Positions 1 through 11,358 of a DNA stretch of 19,624 nucleotides are shown one piece after another. Position numbers and translations under genes: made by a program. The DNA comes from Ginkgo biloba (Eukaryota > Plantae > Ginkgophyta): contig JANKJI020000004.1 in the NCBI GenBank assembly GCA_024626585.2, positions 16,089,605-16,109,228 on the forward strand. The letters are read 5' to 3'. The notes beneath the pieces are model-generated. The model saw only the letters and a program-made list of their open reading frames with translations. It did no database searches and was not told where the DNA came from. Each line of letters starts with the position of its first letter. Within the stretch, counting starts at the first letter, position 1.

Positions 1-1535
1 GGGGTATATATAGGATAATAATGGTTGTTTGAGGTTAACCATAGGGTAATCGTGATATGCGACAAGGTGGGTTGAAGGACATGCAAGTGGTCATGATACA
101 AATAGTGATGCATAGGTTAAATGGATAGCATGAAAATCATAGGTGTTGAAATGGGTGATAACATGGAGTTCTCCATAGGGATTCTATGGTAATGTAACAA
201 AGCATGTTTCCTAGGTAATAGAAGCATTCCTTCCACGTTTCTGTCATAGATGTTTTTGGACCAAATTATGGGTTGAGTCATAGCTATTATGAAGCAGATT
301 GCCAGATTTCATTTTTGGACATGCCTTGCCTTAGCAAATTCTAACATCAATGTGATTGCGTAGAGAACATAAATAAAATATTTCTCATAATTTTTGGGAG
401 GATGTTTTCATAAAGTAGAAATTAGTTGTGCCTTTTATTTGTTGTCCTAGAAACTTGTTTCCTTCGTTTCTTTAGATACAGAGCATTAAAACATTAATGT
501 TTCTATGACTCAACAAAAAATAAATGAGTGATCTACGGTGGGTTTGTAAATGGATTGGCCAGGGATACAAAGCATAAATAATTTCTTTAGGATTCATATT
601 TATTGTTTCTTGATTTTTGACTATCATCTTTTCTCGAGTCAATGTCTGAGTACCAGGCGCTAGGGCATTGAAGTAAGCCATGTCATACTCCCAGATAGAG
701 ATATTTTTTCTTTGCTCGTGTTTAGTTTAGTTTTTTGATGCCATGATTACTTGTCACAACTCAGTCCATGGTTACCATACAAAAGACTCTCTTGTTGATT
801 TCTCTCTTTATCTCTCACAAACGTACACACTTAGAGAGACACCACAGGTGCATGCACAACACACATGCGTCACATGTGTGTGCATGGTCTTGGGNNNNNN
901 NNNNNTATATACTATAAATGCAAATCACATTGAACGAAGTTTCCTTGAGCACACAACCAATGTAAAACCTTAGTGGATTTTCCACTCCACGGTCTATTAT
1001 ACCCATTCTACGATTGCCTGGTAGCCCTTGTTTCCAATATCATTTCATCCTAGCCCACTTTCCCAAATTTATCTTCTCCATTATGAAATGTTTAACATAA
1101 GAAATATTGTGTAGCACAAGGGGAAGTGCAGCATAAGGCGAAGGAACCTTGTGATAANNNNNNNNNNNNNNNNNNNNNNNNNNNNNNNNNNNNNNNNNNN
1201 NNNNNNNNNNNNNNNNNNNNNNNNNNNNNNNNNNNNNNNNNNNNNNNNNNNNNNNNNNNNNNNNNNNNNNNNNNNNNNNNNNNNNNNTGTATTTTAATTG
1301 TACTTCTAGGTCATAGTACATGTCTGGTTCACAACAAAATTAACAAAATGGGAACAAAGAGTGGAGTTAGCTTATAAATGGGTCCACTCAAAGCATTTGT
1401 CACAACATATCTGTAACATGCCTTGTTGTATTCACTATATGAGCACAATGACTATCTAAATGTAACATATAGAGGTCTTTTGAGAAGTTGGTTCAAGATA
1501 GTACAAGANNNNNNNNNNNNNNNNNNNNNNNNNNN

Positions 1536-1560
1536 AGGGATGGGTGACCTCCTGGGAAGT
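1536..1560 (+). promoter_or_regulatory. 5S-derived C-box region in Cassandra LTR1
   Basis: GGATGGGTGACCTCCTGGGAAGT matches the plant 5S rRNA 3' core. The A box falls in the preceding N gap. Confidence 0.8.
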
Positions 1561-1836
1561 AGTGTTGATGTGCAACATGCAACAAATGGTATTAGAGTCC
1601 AAGGTAGACTTTGTTCTTTGCATTGACATTGAGACTGAGATATGCCAATTACTGAAGTATGGTCTCACGGTTAGGATTTCAATATGCTAGAGCCTTGATG
1701 AGTCTGTTTAACTAGATTTGGGGATTGTTGTTGATACTTTCCAAGAGTGATTGACCTAGGGACAAGTCTATTTGAAGAATGGAGGTTGTAATGACCTATA
1801 ACACCTAGAGGTATGTTGGGGTGTTAGTTCAAGATG

Positions 1837-1899
1837 AGAACTCTTGGTTAAGTGCGCTCACCCTAAAGTGCTACAAGGATGAGTGACCTCTTGGTAAGT
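1837..1899 (+). promoter_or_regulatory. 5S rRNA-derived Pol III internal promoter region (A box to C box) in Cassandra LTR2
   Basis: AGAACTCTTGGTTAAGTGCGCT...AGGATGAGTGACCTCTTGGTAAGT aligns to the plant 5S core AGAACTCCGCAGTTAAGCG(T/C)GCT...GGATGGGTGACCTCCTGGGAAGT. Confidence 0.82.
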
Positions 1900-2246
1900 A
1901 GTGCTAATTTACATCATGCAACAAATGGTATTAGAGCCCTAGGTAGAATGTATTCTTTGGATTGTGACTGAGATTGAGATANNNNNNNNNNNNNNNNNNN
2001 NNNNNNNNNNNNNNNNNNNNNNNNNNNNNNNNNNNNNNNNNNNNNNNNNNNNNNNNNNNNNNNNATTTGGGGATTGTGGTTGATACTTTCTATAAGTAGT
2101 CGACTTAGGGTTGAGTCTATTCGAAGAGATGGAGATCATAATGACCCTTGTATCTACTATATTAGCACAATAAGGATCTAGATATAACATAGTTGGTTCA
2201 AGATATTCTAAGATGTGAATTCCATGGTTAAGCACGCTCACCCTGA

Positions 2247-3576
2247 TGTAACCTTGTTGTGTGAAGGTGTAGTTATGTTGTGCGCAAGCATGTGGCGATG
2301 GTTACACATGGATCGATTCTAGGCTATTCTATCCATGTAAGAAGCTATCGTAGAATCGAGAAGTTTGCAATATATTTTTGTTGCTAATGTGTACAAAAAA
2401 TGTTCTTAAAATATTTTGCTCTTAGCCCTCATTGTCAACACCATGCCTTTCTCCTTTGCGTTGCTCCTTTTCCTAATTGTTGCAATGCGTCTATTTCCCA
2501 CCGCAGCGGGTTTTTCCTTCGGCATTGCGCCTTTTTCCTAAAACCGAAAAAGACTAACTGGAAGCTATGATCGACCACTTGGATGGACACATGGCAGACT
2601 GTGAAGTACCTGCAAGTGGAAAGGGAATTTGAGTNNNNNNNNNNNNNNNNNNNNNNNNNNNNNNNNNNNNNNNNNNNNNNNNNNNNNNNNNNNNNNNNNN
2701 NNNNNNNNNNNNNNNNNNNNNNNNNNNNNNNNNNCGCAATGCGCATGAGGGTCATGGCCTCATAAACTCCTACCAAGCAGGTTGCATCAGGAAACATGTA
2801 GTGATGGTTATATATGGGTTGATTTTAGTCTATTTTATCAATATAAGAAGTTGTCACAAAGTATATAAGTTTGTAATATATCTCTCTTTATACTGTGTAT
2901 AAAAAAATATTCTTAAAATATTTTTTTCTTATCCCTTACTATCAATATTTCTCTTTTTTTTATATGAGTAGCACCTTCCTCCTTTGAACCACTTCTTTTT
3001 CTAATTGTTGTACTATACCTTTTCCAACCATCATAGGTTTTTCCTTTTATACCACACCTTTTTCTAAAGTGAAAGCTAAATTCACATGCTTGGATTAGCT
3101 TGTGGTAGAGTGTGAAGCAATTGCAAGTGGAAAGGGAATTTGAGTATTGATATGGATAAAATGCAAGTGTATTCGTATTGATCAATCACTCTTATAAAAT
3201 TCCAAGAGTAAATCTTACACTGTATGAATACGTGTATATGAGTGAGTTATTCTCATGGCTTGTGCCTTCTTTTATAGATAGGCTTGGTCCACAAAAGGAG
3301 TATTGTTCAATAATAACTATGCATGCATGCTCCCACGAGTAGGATTTATTATCCATGTAAGGAGTCATCATGTGTGCATGGGCATGTTTCTAATTTAGCA
3401 TAATACATGTAACATAATATATTAAAAACTCCTATTCTAAGCAAAAACAAATTAGGAATAGTGTGTGCACACTTTTCCCCTTTGGTCATAGCTCCTCTTG
3501 GCCATGTGACCTGCGTTCAAAGGGTGCTAAGCTAACGATCTCTTGCTCAGTGTGTATGTGTGCACCTAATGGCACA
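2247..3576 (-). mobile_element. Putative 3' LTR of a Ty3/gypsy element
   Basis: On the minus strand it begins TGTGCC right after a polypurine tract and could end GGTTACA at 2247, where Cassandra LTR3 is cut. It has a TATA-like CTATAAA (~3271-3277, minus). The 2247 boundary is inferred, and no partner LTR was recognised. Confidence 0.45.
2290..3150. repeat. Diverged direct duplication, period ~505-511 bp
   Basis: CATGTGGCGATGGTTACACATGG (~2290) vs CATGTAGTGATGGTTATATATGG (~2795). TTCTTAAAATATTTT occurs in both copies. GCAAGTGGAAAGGGAATTTGAGT is identical at 2612 and 3123. Confidence 0.85.
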
Positions 3577-3593
3577 TCCCTTCCTCCCCCCTC
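3577..3593 (-). other. Polypurine tract of LTR retrotransposon
   Basis: Minus strand GAGGGGGGAGGAAGGGA immediately followed by TG, downstream of the minus-strand gypsy coding relic. Confidence 0.6.
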
Positions 3594-3934
3594 AGGAAGC
3601 AATGGTCCCCATCGCTTGTTGCTCTTTAGCTCGAGAAGGTGTGGCAAGCTATGTTGAGGATGATGCCTCCTGGTCCCATCTCTTGTGGGGCGGTATGTAT
3701 TTGACCTATTGTGTAGATTTTTGTGGTACCACCTTCTTCTTTACCGTACCTACAAACAAAGATATATGACGATCCTNNNNNNNNNNNNNNNNNNNNNNNN
3801 NNNNNNNNNNNNNNNNNNNNNNNNNNNNNNNNNNNNNNNNNNNNNNNNNNNNNNNNNNNNNNNNNNNNNNNNNNNNTCATCATTTTCTTTAGATGGTAGG
3901 GTATAAATATGATGTCATGATGTAGAATTAATGG

Positions 3935-4620
3935 TGAAATGCCAAATTTTCTTGGTCACCTTATAGTTGTTCATTCTCCTATAGAATATAGCATCTCGAT
4001 CATACAAATATGGGCTCTGAAGGACCACACTGGGACAACCAATTGGAGCTACATCACATGTAACTTCATTAATGAAGGGAGATGTAATGGCAAATTTTAT
4101 CTTACACTATTATGTCGCTGTGAACTTATGTGCTCTATCCAATGAACAAAGCTCATAAGGTTTTGGATGTGGGAAAGTAGCAAGATTCTCCAGCTACTTG
4201 CATCAAGCAAGGTGGATACAATTTGTTGCTTGATTTGGATCCTTGTGTGAAATAACTCCTTTTCTTGCTTAACCCTAGGTTGGGCCTTCTTCGCCAACAA
4301 GTTTAATGAAAGATCTCCCTCATCATCCTCCATGAATACTTCAAGTAGCTTTCTATGTTGTTTTTCTTGGTTTTCCTGCATTGTAAGTCTCCTAGCCCTT
4401 TTTTTCAACCAACAAATCTCATCCGATTTCCCTTAACTTTGCAATGACTACAATAGGCTTGAGGATTATTGTCTCCCAACCCCTTTGATCTGTTGTTGTT
4501 GCTTCTAGGAGATGTGCCATCCTCTTGTCTCCTCATCCTTTAGTACAAGCTTGTTCTTGGTCCTTGACTCAATCTTGAGTGCGAAGTTGTAAGCTTTTGA
4601 TCCATTTTCAAATCCAAATT
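3935..4620 (-). pseudogene. Degenerate Ty3/gypsy gag C-terminus and aspartic protease
   Basis: Minus-strand peptides ELFHTRIQIKQQIVSTLLDASS (decayed DSGS active site), PHPKPYEL and CKIKFAITSPFINEVTCDVAP...SPYLYDRDAIFYRR, typical of plant gypsy proteases. Frameshifts and stops are present. The gag boundary is approximate. Confidence 0.8.
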
Positions 4621-5469
4621 GGTTCACATATAATCAACTTGAGTACAAACATCTGGACAAAATCCTTGTAGTCGCTACAGACGAGTCGAGAGCACGAAGC
4701 TTGGAGCTAAGGCTTGAAGGTGGTGAGAAGAGTCCTGGTCAAGGAGCTACTTCCAACACTTAGAAAGTGTTCAATTTCGACGTTTTAGGTGTTCGGAGGT
4801 CGGGAGCCGCAAGTGCAAAGTCTGTCGTGTGTTTTATAAGCCTCAAAGAGTGCAGACCTGAAAAATAAATAAAAATCCAGTTGATGGTTTAAATCAAGTT
4901 GCAACCACAATGTGCCCAATGAAGCCTTCGTTCAAAAACATTGATGAGGGTCGGACCCAAAAATAAACTAAATTGGAGTTGAGTTTCAGAACTTCAATGA
5001 GAGGAGGTCGCGCCTAACTATTTCCCTAAGTCATAGCCAAGCAAGTGTGGNNNNNNNNNNNNNNGATTAGAATTGGGTTGATAAAGTTCGAACTTTGAGG
5101 AGTTTGAAGTGCAAGAGCCAAATGCCATTTCCCAAGCTTAAAAAGGGCGGACCTGAACTTTTATAGAATTTGGTTAAAGGACTTTTCGGCTTTTTGGGAT
5201 TTTGACGTTTCAGGGGTTCGGGACATTCAATGGAGTGCACCCGAAACAAGTCTAAGACTCGAAATTCTGCAGACCCAAAATTCNNNNNNNNNNNNNNNNN
5301 NNNNNNNNNNNNNNNNNNNNNNNNNNNNNNNNNNNNNNNNNNNNNNNNNNNNNNNNNNNNNNNNNNNNNNNNNNNNNNNNNNNTAATAGAGCCGTATACA
5401 AACCAAAAAAGGATGATAAACATACTACAAAATACATTTACACAATTTAGAATATCTATCATTTCTCAG

Positions 5470-6800
5470 TAGGATTCTTCTACTCCTTGGCCGCACTCAA
5501 GTCCTTTAGATCCTTTACTACCTCTTTCAAGTAGTTGGTTATCTCTAAGGTTAGGAGATTTATGCATGCACATGTGCTAGAAAGGGAACCCCCTAGGCCG
5601 TTGAGCACCTTCAGATGACATCATAATTCCTCTTGTTAGGGTCTGAATCCATCTGGGCCCTTTATGGGACTTTTCACCATAGGATCTGCTTCCATAAACT
5701 TTAAGGAGTTTCCCTCCTCACCAAATTTTGTGGCCTTATTAACTCTACGATCTTCCTTCAAAGAGTCTACAAAATCAATAATATTATCTTTATCAATAGA
5801 CTTTTACTAAAGACGGGTGGATCTCCTGCTACATTTAGCCAAACTAGTGTTTAGCACCTATGGGGGAGGCTTACACTTTCTGCCACCACCATATTTAGAA
5901 CTAGCCAAATCCAGACTCACTAATTCCTCTTTCGAGTCTAGCACAATCTCTATATATTTAGGTGTAGGGGAGATCATAGAAGGCCCTAGTAGTAGTAGGG
6001 CCTTCGAGACAGGGGTCCCACTTAGCCTAGAAACCCCCCGTAGAGGGTCCTATCGCTTCTCCTCTTTTATCCTTTTTGAGAATTGGTTTATGCAGCACAA
6101 GCCACGTGAAAAGCTTCTACTTTTCAGGACAGCATGGAGCCCATAGATCAGAAAAGGCATCTCTCTTGATTTGGTCCTGTGACCACTGATAGAACTCAAC
6201 TGGCATACCCTGGGATTTTCCCTTTTCTGAGCCTGCTGAGGTCCAATCGTCCACGGATCTTTGGATTGATTTGAAAGCATATCAGTTATCTTTCTGATAA
6301 TAGAACCTATATCTAACTTTGCCCTGACATCCAGTACTGAAACAACTCTATTTTCATTGGACTTATCTTTCTCTGCTGTTATCTGATAATCCGTTGTAAC
6401 CAACGTTGATATTTTTTTCTACCTTGATTCACTTTTAGGGCAGACTGGAAGAATTTTGTATTTTTCTCACCTTCTACCCTCTATTTAGCCTATGGTATGT
6501 CTTGTGGCTTTGTCATCCTCCTTTTGGAGTCTGTTGATGATTTGGACTTTAAAAGCAAAATCCTCATTCACATTGGTGGAACGATGGNNNNNNNNNNNNN
6601 NNNNNNNNNGACATTGCCATTCTCTCACCTCTTGCAGTTCATTTAGGATTCTTTGCTTTGAGAGATTTTTGCTTGAGTTTGAACTGGACTTCCCACTTCT
6701 TGATTATTTTTCTTCACAAATTTTATGATGCATACCCGTTTTTTGCATGTAAGACTTACCATTTTAATGTTGATATCTTCCTTTGAGCCATCATCTTGGG
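5470..6800 (-). pseudogene. Decayed charged-protein ORF, probably TE-derived, family unrecognised
   Basis: Long purine-rich minus-strand stretch with partial ORFs (6050-6403) that continue through scattered stops. No diagnostic motif recognised. Confidence 0.3.
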
Positions 6801-7169
6801 AACAATGGTAAGAATTCAGCACCGGCGAAATAATGTGTCAAGCTTGAAAATGTGTGATATTTGGAAGGTATCAGAGGGACCAAGGACATTCTCACAGGAT
6901 TTGGTCTGAATAGCTAGGGGCTATGACACAGTTGCATGGAAATCTGTTTTTCAAGATTTTTGAGCTGTTGCTGCTGTTTTCTTCATTGGAAACTTCACTT
7001 TTTAAAATGTGTGCGTTAAANNNNNAAATATAATTTCTAACTTCAAAATGTTTAATGTAATTTATAACTCAAAAATAGCTTAGTTTCAACATGTAATCTA
7101 TAATTTATTATAGGAAATTTAAAATCAATTCTTAATTTAGAAAAAAATTATATTTTGTACAGACGTTTC

Positions 7170-7937
7170 ACACCCTGCATTTCATGCTTTTGGAGAAACC
7201 CATTTCCAATGTTTCTGCCAAGTGGAAACTTTGGTGTTTACCAACACAGGCACAACAATGCTATGCTATTACTATAGTCCTGAATCCCCACTAAATTTTC
7301 GTTATCTTCTGCGACATAGAATCAATCCAGTCCTGCTAGAATTTCTTCCTTCCCTTGCCTCTTATTGGACCAACTGAAAGGCAAAGAACCTTTCCAATGT
7401 ATTTCCTTCACTTTCATTCTCAGCAGGCTAGAATGGTTTCAACTTCCTTCCCCACCTTCTTCGTATTCCTCCTTTTTTGCCTGATGGATCTGCTATCACA
7501 TTAAACTTTAAAGTTTCCTCCCAAGACTCAGGTTGTGGGGTTTAACGATTGAATCACAAACTCAGCCTTCTCCCAAAAGGCTCTTCTTTCCTACACATTG
7601 TTTGGAGCATATATGTTATATACTCCTAGTCTAGTACCTCTCTAGGAAAAGTCGCTAAATCCAGTCTCCTTCCAAATAAAAAATTAGTTCTTGCTTTTCC
7701 CTCAAAATTGACTCACCCCAAGGGATAACCACTCTTATTGTTGTGGCTTCAGCCATTCTATAGACTAAGCCGACACTGGCCCAACTAAGCCATTCCTTCC
7801 ATGGTCTGCAGTCTCAGTTTGTCTTCTTAAAGAAAGAGGATGCTTATGTTGTCCTTCCTCTTCACATACAGCTTTTTGCTTTTTTAAAAATCTTTTAAAC
7901 CCCTGATATTCCAACCTACCAGTGTAATGCTCTTGAT
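7170..7937 (-). pseudogene. L1-type LINE ORF2 AP-endonuclease relic
   Basis: Ordered minus-strand motifs: TLVGWNIRGL (WNIRG 7899-7913), ILFL*EDK (cf. LQETK), NIYAPN (NIYAP 7603-7617), VLGGNF (cf. GGDFN, ~7510-7527), KKGG, FSWSNKRQG...LD*F (cf. TWSN...RLDRF). Confidence 0.85.
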
Positions 7938-8779
7938 TAGGAACTTAAGGATTCCCTCTGAAAGATAACAGGTTGCTGAATGTCTCTCTTAAGATTGCGG
8001 ATTTGGTCTTCTAAACTAAGGTTTTTCTCTTTCAACTTCAGCTTTTTTCCATACTCCTGGATTCCAGTTCATTTGAAGGCCAATTTTGTGAGTCATTTTA
8101 GTTCACCTTATTAACTATCTTTCTCCTCTGTTTAACTGGTTTTGGGCCAAACTTNNNNNNNNNNNNNNNNNNNNNNNNNNNNNNNNNNNNNNNNNNNNNN
8201 NNNNNNNNNNNNNNNNNNNNNNNNNNNNNNNNNNNNNNNNNNNNNNNNNNNNNNNNNNNNNNNNNNNNNNNNNNNNNNNNNNNNNNNNNNNNNNNNNNNN
8301 NNNNNNNNNNNNNNNNNNNNNNNNNNNNNNNNNNNNNNNNNNNNNNNNNNNNNNNNNNNNNNNNNNNNNNNNNNNNNNNNNNNNNNNNNNNNNNNNNNNN
8401 NNNNNNNNNNNNNNNNNNNNNNNNNNNNNNNNNNNNNNNNNNNNNNNNNNNNNNNNNNNNNNNNNNNNNNNNNNNNNNNNNNNNNNNNNNNNNNNNNNNN
8501 NNNNNNNNNNNNNNNNNNNNNNNNNNNNNNNNNNNNNNNNNNNNNNNNNNNNNNNNNNNNNNNNNNNNNNNNNNNNNNNNNNNNNNNNNNNNNNNNNNNN
8601 NNNNNNNNNNNNNNNNNNNNNNNNNNNNNNNNNNNNNNNNNNNNNNNNNNNNNNNNNNNNNNNNNNNNNNNNNNNNNNNNNNNNNNNNNNNNNNNNNNNN
8701 NNNNNNNNNNNNNNNNNNNNNNNNNNNNNNNNNNNNNNNNNNNNNNNNNNNNNNNNNNNNNNNNNNNNNNNNNNNNNNA

Positions 8780-9900
8780 AAACATACTTATAAGGATGAA
8801 AGCAACTGATGTTTCATTTGATGATCATGCTTTGTCACTGGTATTTTACCAACGGATGTGTGGCTATAAGGGTATGCGAAGACAAAAAGGCATCTCTAAC
8901 AACCCACAAGAGGAATAGAGATAAAAGATTTGGCAAAGGTTTGGTAATGACAAAGGCATCATTTAGGTCCTTGCGATGTATAAAGAAGCATAGTGTAAAA
9001 GCTAGGATAAAGAATTTTACTAACCCCCTTAGCCCCTTTATCATTGATCCAAATGGTTGCATTAGCTCTATAAGACCATCCCTTGTCCTTCATTCTAGGC
9101 ATCTTTAATAAATTAAAAGTTAACATTTGGAAGTATTAAGCCAAAAAATATTGATCACAACCAGAGTACTGCCTGCAGCTGAAAATGGCATGGGATGACT
9201 TAATGCAGCTCCATAAATGTGAGCAATGGATCAAAAGGACAGAAAGAAGGATTGCTGGAATAACCACAGCTACTGGGTGAAGCATAGAACAGTTGAAGGG
9301 TTGTTTGGAGGACCAATTTGACACGGCGGGTGCTAAATGAAGAACAGAGAGGGATGCATATGCAGCCCAAGAAAGGCACAACGGTGTGTAGCAAACTGTA
9401 AGCATAGACCAAGAATGAGAAGGTTCATTAGAGAAACACAGCTCTGAGACAAGGTCATGAAAAAAAAATAATGATCCCACGGATGTCCCATTCATGCCCA
9501 GTGGATTGGAAGATGTCTACAGATGAACGCAAAAGGCATATGACATCCAAATAAATGGAGTGTGGCTTTTGTGTCTTCAAGATGGCACTGAGAAACAAGA
9601 TGAGGGCCAACGCAGAGTCTTAGAGCATATGTTGGATTGGGAGCAAATCCACGAGTTTGCACTACAGCAGTAACGAGGATAGAAAACTACACACAGTCAT
9701 TTGAAACCTCCATTCAAGTAACCTGCCATGGTCTCATAGTCTCTTCTGATGCCTCTGCTCTCCACCCCTAACTCCACCATTGGCACTTTTCCAAATTCTT
9801 GGTGCTCCTCCACTTTCTTTGCCAATGTCTGCCCCTCTGCTGGTCAAGATACAGGGTCTTATAATGGTTTCAAACAGTTGAACGGTTGAAACTGGCAAAG
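8780..9900 (-). pseudogene. Possible LINE ORF1 (DUF4283-like) remnants
   Basis: Lies upstream of, and co-oriented with, the endonuclease relic. Weak resemblance only (KFFILAF...KDL; DIFQSTG...GTSVG). Heavily decayed. Confidence 0.3.
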
Positions 9901-11358
9901 TGGATGGCTTCAACATTTTTANNNNNNNNNNNNNNNNNNNNNNNNNNNNNNNNNNNNNNNNNNNNNNNNNNNNNNNNNNNNNNNNNNNNNNNNNNNNNNN
10001 NNNNNNNNNNNNNNNNNNNNNNNNNNNNNNNNNNNNNNNNNNNNNNNNNNNNNATGAAGCAAAGAATAGGGTGGATAGACAGTGCGTCACCACTGAACCC
10101 TAAGCCATCATATTGCGGTAAAAGACCTACTACAAAGCTGTAATTAAATACATGTAATCGCCTAGAAGTACCAAATTTTAATATAAACACACCGGGATTG
10201 AGCTCCAATTGTGTTATTACATAGCTTTATTAGATGACAAGAAACATTATTACAACAAATCTACATGCCTAATAAGAAAAAAATTCACTCAAGATCACCT
10301 ATAGTTGACCATGCTCAACATTGGCCCTATACAAAAGAGGTTAGACAGTCCTATTATAGATCCCAAAATTCTCTGCGTTGAAGTGGACTTGTGCCCGTCC
10401 ATTGTGCAATACAATCAAGAGATGTCCACCTACAAAATGATGAATGGTGATGTATGCTCTGAAGTCAAACAAATAGGTGCCATCAATCCAAAACCTGCTC
10501 TTCCATCTATTGAAAAAGGGGCAAAGGCGGGGNNNNNNNNNNATAACCTTTTGAAAAAAAAAGAAATGAAAAGAAAAGAAAGTGATTAGCAATTGCAACA
10601 AAATAGTTTGTAGTGCGACAAAGATTGTGTAAAGCATGATCATTAGTGACAAAATCACAGTTAAGATTGATAGTAAACAAATGGATGTCAAATGAAAATA
10701 GTAATTAAGAACCCACAATTGCACAAATGTCAAGCAAGAAGAGATGATTAGACTCAATATAATGAATGACAACTAGATAGAGATACTATTTGAAGCCAAG
10801 CCTAGGGACTAGGTCTTGCNNNNNNNNNNNNNNNNNNNNNNNNNNNNNNNNNNNNNNNNNNNNNNNNNNNNNNNNNNNNNNNNNNNNNNNNNNNNNNNNN
10901 NNNNNNNNNNNNNNNNNNNGAAGATGGAGTGTTGGATTTCAACGAAGCCACGAGATATTGGAATTCAACCCATCTGTTCTGGAGCTATTGGCTTACTATT
11001 GGAAATTAATAGTGACTGGTAAGGTCACATTAACTGTGAATTCTGCCAATTTTGGCACTAATAGTTAAATGGATATATCATAATTTGTCAGTTGTGAAGT
11101 TGTATATACCTAAATGAGGTTGGCAATTCAAGCAAAGAGTCTCAAAGTTGAATAGGTCAGATGCTAAGCAGTATCATGAAGGAAACAAAAGAGTTGAAGG
11201 CTGAGGTTGTGATTTGAACACAAGAACTAATTACGTAGAGCATTTTAGTTAACTTCTAGATCTTTATAGATTTTGAAAATACTGCATCTCTTCATGGCCA
11301 AAAGCTTTTCAAGAGTTAGGACTGTCTGCTAATCGATGTTTTCGATTAAATGATGCAG

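Larger units (their letters stand above)
1412..2246 (+). mobile_element. Tandem Cassandra-type TRIM array (LTR-internal-LTR-internal-truncated LTR)
   Basis: LTR1 ~1412-1584 (TGTAAC...GCAACA). PBS TGGTATTAGAG 1587-1597 (tRNA-iMet type, cf. TGGTATCAGAGC). PPT GAAGAATGGAGG 1774-1785. LTR2 1787-1923 (TGTAAT...GCAACA). PBS TGGTATTAGAGC 1926-1937. PPT GAAGAGATGGAGA 2123-2135. LTR3 2137-2246, truncated. Internal regions are ~200 bp, non-coding and similar to each other. All LTRs carry 5S-like sequence. Confidence 0.88.

Noticed and set aside
1-1400. LTR or TE coding fragments at the window start
   Set aside because: Probably repeat-derived, but I could not establish diagnostic motifs or boundaries by eye.
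1536-1899. True 5S rRNA gene array
   Set aside because: Only the central 5S core is present, it is degenerate, and it is flanked by LTR ends, PBS and PPT. This is Cassandra architecture.
3720-3770. Minus-strand VKKK..GT as the start of a gypsy RT
   Set aside because: Requires a frameshift, no DYRxLN follows, and the position next to the PPT does not fit.
6865-6880. AGGTATCAGAGG as a PBS
   Set aside because: Imperfect match with no CA-ending LTR immediately upstream.
8132-8918. Longest ORFs in the supplied track (217-258 aa)
   Set aside because: Artefacts of reading through N gaps. The same applies to the other X-rich ORFs.
9020-9050. NPLSPFII as the LINE RT motif GDPLSP
   Set aside because: No preceding RQG and no following YADD, and it is on the opposite strand to the LINE relic.
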